From IMG/VR virus record IMGVR_UViG_2901966883_000003: a stretch of DNA of 64,000 nucleotides; one strand, written 5' to 3'. Shown here one piece after another: positions 1 to 7,959 of this stretch (positions are counted from its first letter, which is position 1; every line of letters starts with the position of its first letter). This DNA is from a virus. Its lineage: Duplodnaviria; Caudoviricetes. Both the position numbers and the translations under genes were made by a program. The notes under the pieces were generated by a model. That model was not told the DNA's origin and made no database searches. It saw only the letters and a program-made list of their open reading frames with translations.

Positions 1-363
1 TTGCATTTCTTGGTTCAATGTCATGTAAACGTTATAAGCGTCTTCGTCCATTTCCCCTCGTTCGTATATATTTCGTGCTAAGATATAATCGCTTGCTAGA
101 TTTGAGTCTAATACAGCGTTTTCTTCAACGATAGCCTTTTTTAATTGTTGGTATCTAACCGTTAAGAAAGCTACCTGTAACATAGCACTAACTTGTTTTC
201 TACTTTCTGCACCAGCACTATAAAAATGTTCTAACATGCCTTTGATTAAGCCATTGTCTACATCTTCATAATATGGGGTACTATTTAAATCTTTAGCGAG
301 TATTTCTGTTAAGCTAGATTTGCCAGCAGAAATACTACCAATTACATAGATAATACTAACCAA
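1..363 (-). CDS. Deoxynucleoside kinase (5' part, runs off the window edge)
   Basis: Manual translation from TTG at 363: MVSIIYVIGSISAGKSSLTEILAKDLNSTPYYEDVD...LQVAFLTVRYQQ; N-terminal P-loop and dNK-type motifs; not in the ORF track because it is truncated. Confidence 0.85.
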   Translation of the reverse strand, partial: MVSIIYVIGSISAGKSSLTEILAKDLNSTPYYEDVDNGLIKGMLEHFYSAGAESRKQVSAMLQVAFLTVRYQQLKKAIVEENAVLDSNLASDYILARNIYERGEMDEDAYNVYMTLNQEMQ

Positions 364-376
364 CTTCTTTCTCACA

Positions 377-567
377 TTCGTGTGCATATAGGAACAAAAC
401 AAAATATTAGATGATAAAGGCTTATTAAATCTTGAACGCAACAAATTGAGAAACATCTTACATTATCGAAGATACAAGGGATAAGCCTTAGAATATTATC
501 ATATATACGAAAAGACGTTAAATGAATATAACTAGATTTTTATGATTTGTTCCTATATACACACGAA
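377..567. ncRNA. ~190 nt long-stem structured RNA candidate
   Basis: Terminal inverted repeat TTCGTGTGCATATAGGAACAAA / TTTGTTCCTATATACACACGAA (21/22) plus internal AAGGCTTAT/ATAAGCCTT stem. Confidence 0.5.
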
Positions 568-587
568 ATATTATATTTAATTGTTAA

Positions 588-677
588 CGGTAAGTAAGGG
601 ACTCGAACCCTTGCGTCCACAATTATGAACCTAACAGTTTAGCAAACTGTCCCCTTCACCAACTTGGGTAACTTACC
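588..677 (-). tRNA. tRNA-Ser(GCT)
   Basis: Reverse complement folds as a cloverleaf: GGTAAGT/ACTTACC acceptor, ACAGT-TTGCTAA-ACTGT anticodon arm, long variable arm, GGTTCGAGTCC T arm. Confidence 0.93.
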
Positions 678-679
678 AA

Positions 680-1103
680 ATATAACCAGCTATCGAACAT
701 TAAATTGCATTCGCCTCAACAATCTGTTCCCTAGCAAAGTTCGGCGAAAGAACTCCACTGCACCGAGAGGATAACTGGCTAAAGCAACTGGTGGATATAT
801 CTAAACGATTGGGCTTATCCCCAGCGAAAAAGTCATCTCGCCACTTTGAGATAACTTACTAAATAATCGGCACACCTAACTACACACACCAAGCTCGCAC
901 GTATGACAACAGTAGCTATCTGCTGCGAAGTAATCAACTTCCGAACTTGGCATTAGTATGTCCCTTGCGAATTGCTTTATACACTCCCTATACGCTTTTC
1001 ACACTTGGAAGTGATACTCCACAATCCGCCTTACCAACTCCCGTCCCACATTAAAGTACTCATAACGGTACTACCTTGATGAGAGGTGTGTCGGGAGTTG
1101 GTA
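680..1103 (-). ncRNA. Multi-domain structured non-coding RNA(s), class not identified
   Basis: ORF-free and more GC-rich than its surroundings, with many nested stems (TACCAACTCCCG/CGGGAGTTGGTA, GCCAAGTTCG/CGAGCTTGGT, AGTTATCTC/GAGATGACT, AGCCAGTTATC/GATAGCTGGTT); strand inferred from flanking tRNA genes. Confidence 0.6.
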
Positions 1104-1106
1104 CAA

Positions 1107-1151
1107 AACCCACTTCTGGAGTTGAACCAGAATAATACTACCGAGGTGAGT
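1107..1151 (-). ncRNA. Minimal tRNA-like element (acceptor stem + T arm only)
   Basis: ACTCAC...TCTGG-TTCAACT-CCAGA-A-GTGGGT; no D or anticodon arm. Confidence 0.55.
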
Positions 1152-1162
1152 AAACATAAATA

Positions 1163-1375
1163 TATGTTCTTTGACACATATGAGTAGCACATTTTTTGTT
1201 GCCACAGATGTAATAAAAGGTACTGTCTGTCCCACGTACATGTGGGTAACACCAGTTTCCTACGTCTCAAGTGCTATAAACCTTAGTCTGTCCCACATGT
1301 ATGTGGGTGACACTTCTTTATCACTGTAACGCAGTCTGACGGACGTAGTCTGTCCCACGTACATATGGGTAACAC
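1163..1375 (-). CRISPR. Mini CRISPR array: 3 conserved + 1 degenerate 28-nt repeats, 3 spacers of 33-34 nt, type I-E-like repeat
   Basis: Repeats at 1225-1252, 1286-1313, 1348-1375 (minus-strand consensus GTGTTACCCACATGTACGTGGGACAGAC with a CCCAC/GTGGG hairpin) and a degenerate copy at 1163-1190; 61-62 bp period; unrelated spacers; leader ending ...GATTTTTAGT on the 1376 side. Confidence 0.88.
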
Positions 1376-1557
1376 ACTAAAAATCAGACCAATAAATCCC
1401 ACAGTACTAGGGTTTTGGGAACTCCTAATTTTTTAGGGTTGCCAAAATTTCATTAGATACATCGTTGCCTTCGTATCAGAAAAATCTGAAATAAAGGTCT
1501 TACATGATAATTACCAAATGCTTTAAAGTCCGCAACAGACAAACGGACTACCTATTT
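1376..1557 (-). ncRNA. Putative TnpB omegaRNA scaffold / CRISPR leader
   Basis: 182 nt between the tnpB stop and the first repeat; hairpins (AGTCCG/CGGACT, TCAGA/TCTGA, CCTAA/TTAGG); position expected for a TnpB omegaRNA. Confidence 0.55.
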
Positions 1558-2814
1558 CTAGGCTAATTGTTTTAATCCTTTGTCTAGGATATTCTTGGCT
1601 GCATTTATATCACGAATATGGTAAGTATTACAGCTAGGACAAGTCCAACTTCTATCTTTTAGTGTTAGCTTGTTCGTATCTTTTGTTCCCATAACATGCC
1701 CACATTCACTACATGTTTGTGTTGTATTCTTAGGATTTACAGTAACAAAAGTCTTACCATATAATTCAGCTTTGTATTCTAGTTTTTGTAGGAATGTTCT
1801 CCAACCTACATCACTAATAGACATAGCCAAAGCGTGATTTCTCAACATATTTTTACTTCTTAGATTTTCAGCCACAACCAAATCGTGGTTCTTGATAAGT
1901 GTTATCGACATCTCGTCCAAGAATTTATTACGTTGATTACGCACTCTGTTCATGAGTTTTGATACCACCATACGTTGCTTTTGATAGTTCTTGCTGTCAC
2001 GTAAAGAACGTCCCTCTTTCTTGGCTCTAACTTGTCTGCGTGATAATTTACGTTGTGCTTTAGCTAATCTACCCTTAATTGTTCTATAAAATCTTGGGTT
2101 AGCCACAACATTACCTTCGCTAGTTGTTAAGAAGTTATCTGTGTTTAAGTCAAGTCCAACTTGAGAATTAGTCTTAGGCAACTCTTTAACAAAAGGTGTA
2201 TCAGAACCTAGCTGCATAGAAACATAGTAGATACCAAAAGCGTTTTTAGAAATAGTAGTTGTACCAATTCTAATATCGCCTTTATTATCCAATAGCTTTC
2301 TATATGAACCACTCACACGAATAATACCCAACTTAGGAATATTGATATGCTTATTATCTACGAACCTAATTGAGCCAGTCCACATATTTACTGGTTTCTT
2401 CTTACTTGGATAAGTACCACTTGTTTGATACTTCTCCTCGTAAGTTTTCTTATGGAAATTAGGTGTCCCAGCGTTATGAACTTTTCTAAACATATTCCAT
2501 GCAGCTTTATAAGAACGCATTGCCATAGAACGACAATGACTATCAATATAAGGGTGTTTCATGTAGGTATAGTGCGTTGCTAAATGGTTTTGAGCCTTCT
2601 TACGTTTTTCCAATTCAGCAATACGTGTTTGAATTGTATCAATAGGTAGTTTTACCTGTTTTAATTGGTATAACTCTTTATCAATCGCAACCATAGCGTT
2701 ATATACAGCCCTAGATACATCACTGTTCATCTTAATGATTTGTTTTTGCTTCGTGCTAGGGTGAATACACATCTTCAAGCCATAGTGGTATTTTAACTCA
2801 CTCATTGTCTTCAT
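1558..2814 (-). CDS. tnpB: TnpB-family RNA-guided endonuclease, CRISPR-adjacent
   Basis: N-terminal HTH_OrfB-like segment, RuvC-I GLDLN, RuvC-II VAENL, Zn finger CSEC...CPSC, RuvC-III RDINAAKNIL; D/E/D triad intact. Confidence 0.95.
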   Translation of the reverse strand: MKTMSELKYHYGLKMCIHPSTKQKQIIKMNSDVSRAVYNAMVAIDKELYQLKQVKLPIDTIQTRIAELEKRKKAQNHLATHYTYMKHPYIDSHCRSMAMRSYKAAWNMFRKVHNAGTPNFHKKTYEEKYQTSGTYPSKKKPVNMWTGSIRFVDNKHINIPKLGIIRVSGSYRKLLDNKGDIRIGTTTISKNAFGIYYVSMQLGSDTPFVKELPKTNSQVGLDLNTDNFLTTSEGNVVANPRFYRTIKGRLAKAQRKLSRRQVRAKKEGRSLRDSKNYQKQRMVVSKLMNRVRNQRNKFLDEMSITLIKNHDLVVAENLRSKNMLRNHALAMSISDVGWRTFLQKLEYKAELYGKTFVTVNPKNTTQTCSECGHVMGTKDTNKLTLKDRSWTCPSCNTYHIRDINAAKNILDKGLKQLA

Positions 2815-2860
2815 CTATCTCACCTCTTTTCTGTTATATATTTATAGTCTTAAAGACTAA

Positions 2861-2920
2861 TTGCAACGGTGGGGCTCGAACCCACATCATCCTTTGCTCT
2901 ACCATTTGAGCTACGTTGCT
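2861..2920 (-). ncRNA. tRNA-like element lacking the anticodon arm
   Basis: GCAACG/CGTTGC acceptor, D arm GCTC-AAATGGTA-GAGC, 10-nt linker AAAGGATGAT, T arm GTGGG-TTCGAGC-CCCAC. Confidence 0.75.
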
Positions 2921-3065
2921 AACCTTCTAATTCTAAAAGGAGGAAATCTTAAACCATGAACCAATCCGTAAGTCGTAATGAACCCGCTCATGAATTAACT
3001 TATTAATGTCGCATTATTACTTAACGCAAAGTTATAATCTCGGGGTAGTCATGCCCTACCCCTAT

Positions 3066-3116
3066 TACCACATTAGGAGTCGAACTCATAAAATGTACCT
3101 TTTAACATCTGTGGCA
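3066..3116 (-). ncRNA. Degenerate minimal tRNA-like element; matches the last CRISPR spacer
   Basis: GCCACA/TGTGGT acceptor-like stem and GTTCGACTC T loop; 3095-3124 matches spacer 1191-1224. Confidence 0.5.
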
Positions 3117-3225
3117 ACAAAAAAAATAATTTAAAAAAGGAGTGTTGATTAATACGCAAAACCTAATCAACTAATAAAAAATGAACGAATTAATAAATGT
3201 TTGTTTCGAGGTGTTTCCACCTCTA

Positions 3226-3299
3226 TGTCATAGTAAGGACTTGAACCTTGCTGCTCTCGTGTTAAGGACGAGTGTGTTACCCGCATACACCATATGACT
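3226..3299 (-). tRNA. Atypical tRNA-like gene with TTA at the anticodon position
   Basis: GTCATA/TATGAC acceptor, GTGT/ACAC D stem, CTCGT-CCTTAAC-ACGAG anticodon arm (C33 instead of U33), AAGG-TTCAAGT-CCTT T arm. Confidence 0.6.
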
Positions 3300-3683
3300 A
3301 CCGATTAGGATAGATATTTATTGAATAATTACGCATAGGTTTACTAACTACACTATTCGCGTTCGCCTATCCGCTCCCACATTCCCTTTAAAGTCTGTGA
3401 GCGTGGTATGTAAAAGCCGCATATGAGCTTGTGTGGTATAGTGTTCCCGACAGTCCAACATTTTACATACCAAATGTCTACTCGTTTATTCTCTAAACTC
3501 TTAACATATAGTAGACTGTTTTTGGGAGAGCATTTTAATAGCTCCTAGAGAGAACGGGACGAAAAACTGTGTCAGTATCGTAAGTTGTATTAGGGGTTAA
3601 TTATAGCTGTATTTCATTGAGTTGAAAGGAAGTGAAAACCAACCCGTTCCCTTTAGCAACCATCAAAGCTGCCTTATGTAGTT

Positions 3684-3899
3684 TTAGTGTTTTCTCTTAA
3701 CAGAATAGATATGTTTCTTGTGCCATTCTTTTATATTGCTAAACCCAGCTGCCAAACCAGCTAAATAAAATAACTTAGTCCAGAAACCATAGCTATAAAA
3801 GATTAGGTCAAACGCAACGGTCATAATAAACAACCATTGAATTAAATACCATGTTCTCGTTAAGAGAAATCTATCAATCATATTACTTAGTTTATCCAT
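3684..3899 (-). CDS. Small membrane protein
   Basis: ORF track 3684..3932; the ATG at 3899 has a GGAGGTG RBS; two hydrophobic segments. Confidence 0.7.
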   Translation of the reverse strand: MDKLSNMIDRFLLTRTWYLIQWLFIMTVAFDLIFYSYGFWTKLFYLAGLAAGFSNIKEWHKKHIYSVKRKH

Positions 3900-4448
3900 C
3901 TTTACACCTCCAATTAAGGATGGATATATCAACGAGTAGTTAAAAATGGAAATATATAATCAAGAGCATAAAAAATACATTAAAAGTCAACCGCCTACTC
4001 GCTGATATATCAACCCTAATGGGCTGACATTCAGATAAAAACAAAAATAGTATAAAAATAAAAGTTTTAAAGAGATGATATTAAAATCAGTATTAATGTA
4101 ATTAACAAAATAGACTAGAGATACACTAACCATAGAATATCATCAAATATAAGAAAAATTTGGAAGTACAAATCCTTTTTAGATTTGCGAAAGTTGTTTA
4201 GGTAAACTAAGTTTTGTCTACCTACATAGGATTTGGAAACTTCTTGACGGAAGGAGTTATAAACCAATATTCTAACCAAACCCTATGTAGATGGGCAATA
4301 CCGTTATTCACCCACCTACCAATATTTTGGAGGTGTCGCCACGATAACCGCTACATAAGTAAAGAAAATAAACAAAATATTTTAGTAAAAGGAGGCACAT
4401 TCATTGTGAATGCACAAAATCAAGTATCATTATAGTTATCGTGACAAA

Positions 4449-4527
4449 TATCGGATTGATGAATTGAACACCAAACCTTACAAGTACCGTTATCATACTC
4501 ATACGCTCTGCCATTAAGCTATCCGAT
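4449..4527 (-). ncRNA. tRNA-like element with an extended (~9 bp) anticodon stem
   Basis: ATCGGAT/ATCCGAT acceptor, GCTT-AATGGCA-GAGC D arm, TATGAGTAT-GATAACG-GTACTTGTA arm, TGGTG-TTCAATT-CATCA T arm. Confidence 0.6.
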
Positions 4528-4616
4528 TGTTGAATCACGTAAGGACAATTACATTAAGTTCAACATATTTAATAGATTTAATATATTTAATTTTGTTGTA
4601 GCCTTAAGTTATTCGT

Positions 4617-4676
4617 TTATTCTCTTAACTCTTAACTACATATATTATAATACCATATAAAAAATAAAAGTCAACA
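4617..4676 (-). promoter_or_regulatory. SigA-type promoter for the tRNA/ncRNA/tnpB cluster, with conserved leader motif
   Basis: TTGACT...TGGTATTATAAT followed by AGTTAAGAGTTAAGAGAATAA. Confidence 0.7.
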
Positions 4677-4682
4677 TAAAAA

Positions 4683-4943
4683 CTAAGAAATCTTCATCTT
4701 TTTTTGAAGATTGTTTAACTTATCCATTCGTAGCCCAGTCCATGTATCATCTTCTGTAACTACAACAGACAAACTACGTAGTCCTCTTTCTAACAAATAA
4801 TCTAATGCTTTGGGGTCTTCATCTACATTGTATTCATGATAGTCAATTCCCATAGAATGTAATTTGCGTTTTGTTATCTTACATTGTTGGCAATTATTCT
4901 TAGAATATACTGTTACTACATTGCTACTTGATACTGTCGTCAA
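4683..4943 (-). CDS. nrdH: NrdH-like glutaredoxin
   Basis: VTVYSKNNCQQCKITKRKL...YNVDED...WTGLR; CxxC redoxin motif. Confidence 0.88.
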   Translation of the reverse strand: MTTVSSSNVVTVYSKNNCQQCKITKRKLHSMGIDYHEYNVDEDPKALDYLLERGLRSLSVVVTEDDTWTGLRMDKLNNLQKKMKIS

Positions 4944-5298
4944 CCGTTCTATTCACCTCCTTATGTCTGTTATACTCATTTTCCCAGTATTCAATATTAT
5001 CAATGAAATTGTCTACTATATTAGAAACATAAGTCATCAAAGCAAATGATATTGCCTCTACTCCTGTAACAAATATGGTTGGTATTTCATACTTACCCCA
5101 CCCCATACCAATATACACAACTAGAGCTGCTGTAACAAAAAGCCAGAAGGTAACACTATGACTTTCTAGTTTCTTCATTTCATCATATACTCTACGCATA
5201 GATTTTAGTTCAATGTCAGCAGAAATCATATCACCACTCTCAAGGTATGTAGATAGATTACGCACTGATTTATTGAACTCTCTTTCAGCACTTGTCAT
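4924..5298 (-). CDS. Hypothetical membrane protein
   Basis: ORF overlapping its neighbours; two hydrophobic helices. Confidence 0.7.
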   Translation of the reverse strand: MTSAEREFNKSVRNLSTYLESGDMISADIELKSMRRVYDEMKKLESHSVTFWLFVTAALVVYIGMGWGKYEIPTIFVTGVEAISFALMTYVSNIVDNFIDNIEYWENEYNRHKEVNRTVDDSIK

Positions 5299-5705
5299 TT
5301 GTACGGATAATCTCCCTTCTTACCACTAAATTCAAAATAGTTTTCGATTGTGCTAAGGGCTAACGTCATATTCAATAATGGATTCCCAAATCTCATCTTA
5401 TAAGCATTTAATACAATTTCACCATCGTCTTCAATTTTGCATCCATACCACTTAACGATGGGACGTAGTTCATCATAGCGTTCAGATGGAATATGAGAAA
5501 AATTAATACCGAGGGTATAGCCATCATCAGAATAGACATTATCCTTGTTATAGATTTCCACGTTATCGTGCATATAGTCTACCGCACGCAGCGTATAAGA
5601 TGTCCATCCATTATCTAATGGCAATTTATACCACACTAAATTATCATAGACTTCTACAATCTTAGATGTATCTATATCGTTTATGTTCTGTAACGGTCTA
5701 TCCAT
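5295..5705 (-). CDS. DUF1828-like protein
   Basis: YSDDGYTL motif; RBS GGAGGG. Confidence 0.55.
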   Translation of the reverse strand: MDRPLQNINDIDTSKIVEVYDNLVWYKLPLDNGWTSYTLRAVDYMHDNVEIYNKDNVYSDDGYTLGINFSHIPSERYDELRPIVKWYGCKIEDDGEIVLNAYKMRFGNPLLNMTLALSTIENYFEFSGKKGDYPYK

Positions 5706-5866
5706 GAGCTATCCCTCCTAATCAAGTTTTCTCAAAATATCTTCAAGTTCCCAATAAATTAGAACCAACATTGCAGCTGAAATTTTCATTGCCATATCTA
5801 TTTCTGAGAAAGCTATACCTACAGTTATTAATATGAATACTATTGTTGTTAGAATGTTCCATACTT

Positions 5867-6133
5867 TCATAGAACTCCTCCCTCCATGTTAATCGCACTT
5901 TTAAGAAGTGAACTCTTATTAATGAGTACGCAATTCTTGTTATCAAAGAACCTTAACGCAGTTTCTTTAACATCATGCTCCCAATAATATATATGAATAT
6001 GCCCGTCATGAAGATTAACAACGCATGAATTGTTTGTTTCTAGCGTAAACATATAGAAACTATCGTTATCTCTAACATAGATTATATCACCGTATTTAAC
6101 CTCGTACTTATCCAATATCTCCTTAATCTTCAT
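5867..6133 (-). CDS. Small phage protein, tandem paralog family
   Basis: MKIKEIL...GDIIY...NLHDG pattern shared with neighbours. Confidence 0.7.
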   Translation of the reverse strand: MKIKEILDKYEVKYGDIIYVRDNDSFYMFTLETNNSCVVNLHDGHIHIYYWEHDVKETALRFFDNKNCVLINKSSLLKSAINMEGGVL

Positions 6134-6228
6134 TGCTTAACACCACATTTATGTAATTTGTTGTAAATACTACTGTACTCTTACAGTCATCTTTTATAAT
6201 AGTAGACTTAAAGTAATCTTTACTCTCT

Positions 6229-6507
6229 TTAATCTGTGTCATTATCTTCCTCCGTTTCTCTAACAGCTTTATATTCATCTACAAGTTCCACATCATCATC
6301 ACCAAAGAAGTCTTCCCAAAACTTGACGGAATTACCTACTGCTGTATCATCACTAAGAGCAACACCACATTCTAAATCAATGACGCATGCGAAAGTATCA
6401 AATTTAACAAAACTACATGCCAACATGAAATGTTTGTCAACGGTTCTGTCATAGACTACGTCACCAAAACGCAAATCATCTCTACTTAATATCTCTTTAA
6501 TCTTCAT
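6229..6507 (-). CDS. Small phage protein, tandem paralog family
   Basis: MKIKEIL...GDVVY...DLECG; RBS AAGGAG. Confidence 0.72.
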   Translation of the reverse strand: MKIKEILSRDDLRFGDVVYDRTVDKHFMLACSFVKFDTFACVIDLECGVALSDDTAVGNSVKFWEDFFGDDDVELVDEYKAVRETEEDNDTD

Positions 6508-6522
6508 ATGTACACTCCTTAC

Positions 6523-6810
6523 TTAATTAGACACGTCTATTTCTGCGTCCACGATACCCCAATCTACAATAGCGTCACCACATAAAATTGCTTCAATCTC
6601 TGATGGTGTATCAGCTGATATTCCAGCTACACCCGTAGCTATATCGACTGCGTGATACCGTTTACCCCCAAGTTCTTTTATTACAAACCAGTATTCTTCG
6701 TACGCACTTTCACCGTTATAAACAACTTTAATCACGTCACCGCATTCTATTCTTCTTTTGTTTAAGACCCTTTTATTAATCTTCATCAAAACACCTCTAC
6801 TTAGATACAC
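6523..6810 (-). CDS. Small phage protein, tandem paralog family
   Basis: MKINK...GDVIKV...YWFV...DIATG...VDAEI. Confidence 0.7.
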   Translation of the reverse strand: MYLSRGVLMKINKRVLNKRRIECGDVIKVVYNGESAYEEYWFVIKELGGKRYHAVDIATGVAGISADTPSEIEAILCGDAIVDWGIVDAEIDVSN

Positions 6811-7606
6811 TTAGCTTGGCGTCTACAACTTCCCAGTCATCAACACGAGCGTTTAATTCATCACAAATATCTCTATCAAAATCTATTGAAATCACGATAC
6901 TACCAGACTCCAAATTAACTAGGTGGTACTTGCATACACCAGGGTCATATACTACTATGACATAACATTCTTGTATCTCAACGACCAAAGCCTCTTCGTT
7001 TTCGGTGTCGGAAAACAAGATTTTGATTACGTCACCAGACCCAATAATATTGTTACGACTTAAATCTTTTACAATTTCCATTGTTCTACCAATCCCTAAC
7101 TCTAACTTATTATCAACGAAACATGATTTGATTTCTTCATTTGTATAATCTCTTGCTTTGTTTGCACAAATTTCATCTTTAAAATCTTTCCAACTAGAAT
7201 GTGAGTGTGTCATTTCCACCAATTTCCATGGCTCTATAGCAACTAATCTCCCCACAATTTTTTTAAAATCATTTACAACATTACTATTCAAGATATTATT
7301 ATCCATTTTTACTGTATGAACATGTATAATCCCATCTTTAATATTTGCTACTTTGTATTCGTAAGTTATTGGAATTGCTCCATTATTTTTAAAATTTCGG
7401 TATACTTCTTCCTCAACTGGTCCATATCTCCACTTAGAAAAATTGCCATTTATTAAAGGAGTATCGTATTCAGATAAACAATAACCCTGTAAAAAGAATA
7501 ATACCTTTTGTAGCTTTAGATTTGTTACTGGCTTATCTTCTTTTTTAGCAACACCAATTATAAAATTAGCCACAGCCATAGGGCTTTGTGATTCAAATCT
7601 TTCCAT
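6797..7606 (-). CDS. Panacea (DUF4065/SocA-like) antitoxin domain fused to a paralog-family module
   Basis: VANFII...TNLKLQKVLFF...W-YGPV...LVEMTH..SSW Panacea signature; C-terminal ~95 aa MEIVK...GDVIKI...NLESG...VDAKL resembles the neighbouring small ORFs. Confidence 0.82.
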   Translation of the reverse strand: MERFESQSPMAVANFIIGVAKKEDKPVTNLKLQKVLFFLQGYCLSEYDTPLINGNFSKWRYGPVEEEVYRNFKNNGAIPITYEYKVANIKDGIIHVHTVKMDNNILNSNVVNDFKKIVGRLVAIEPWKLVEMTHSHSSWKDFKDEICANKARDYTNEEIKSCFVDNKLELGIGRTMEIVKDLSRNNIIGSGDVIKILFSDTENEEALVVEIQECYVIVVYDPGVCKYHLVNLESGSIVISIDFDRDICDELNARVDDWEVVDAKLSVSK

Positions 7607-7626
7607 TACTATCCTCCATCTCCAAA

Positions 7627-7959
7627 TTAATACCTATGTAATGGGCATTCCCATCTGACCCACCCCACGTCTTTTTTGATGTTCAATTCCGTTTCTAACG
7701 CTTTAATCCTACAACCCAAAAAATAATATTTAGACGCTGAATCTAAGTCGTGAGCCTTTAGTACATTACCTGTCCTTAGATTAGTCATGCAATACTCTTT
7801 GTCGTCATCTTGCTCACACAAACCCATGAGCCAATAATCACGCTTATAATCTTCGTCATATGGTTGAGCCACTTCAAACATCTCACCAATTCTAATATCA
7901 CTTAATTTGCATGTATTGGGTCTTTCGTCATAAACTTTCATACTTATACTCCTAATCAA
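7627..7959 (-). CDS. Small phage protein, tandem paralog family
   Basis: IRIGEMFEV...YWLMG...TNLRTG...YFLGC...TELNI, clearly similar to 7952..8224. Confidence 0.72.
   Translation of the reverse strand: MIRSISMKVYDERPNTCKLSDIRIGEMFEVAQPYDEDYKRDYWLMGLCEQDDDKEYCMTNLRTGNVLKAHDLDSASKYYFLGCRIKALETELNIKKDVGWVRWECPLHRY

Noticed and set aside
680-1103. Naming this RNA ROOL or GOLLD
   Set aside because: The context fits, but the length is short and I could not recognise diagnostic motifs without a covariance model.
1031-1270. 79-aa ORF in the track
   Set aside because: It runs through CRISPR repeats, a tRNA-like element and a hairpin; no RBS or recognisable protein features.
1253-1347. 11-nt matches of the other two spacers to ~31857 and ~37516
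   Set aside because: Too short and AT-rich to exceed chance; no self-target is supported for these spacers.
3226-3299. Stop-codon reassignment implied by the TTA tRNA
   Set aside because: TAA ends many conserved genes here at the expected length, and the tRNA has non-canonical features.
4076-4089. 14-nt identity TGATATTAAAATCA with the repA leader (~45225)
   Set aside because: Expected by chance in AT-rich sequence given the number of comparisons.
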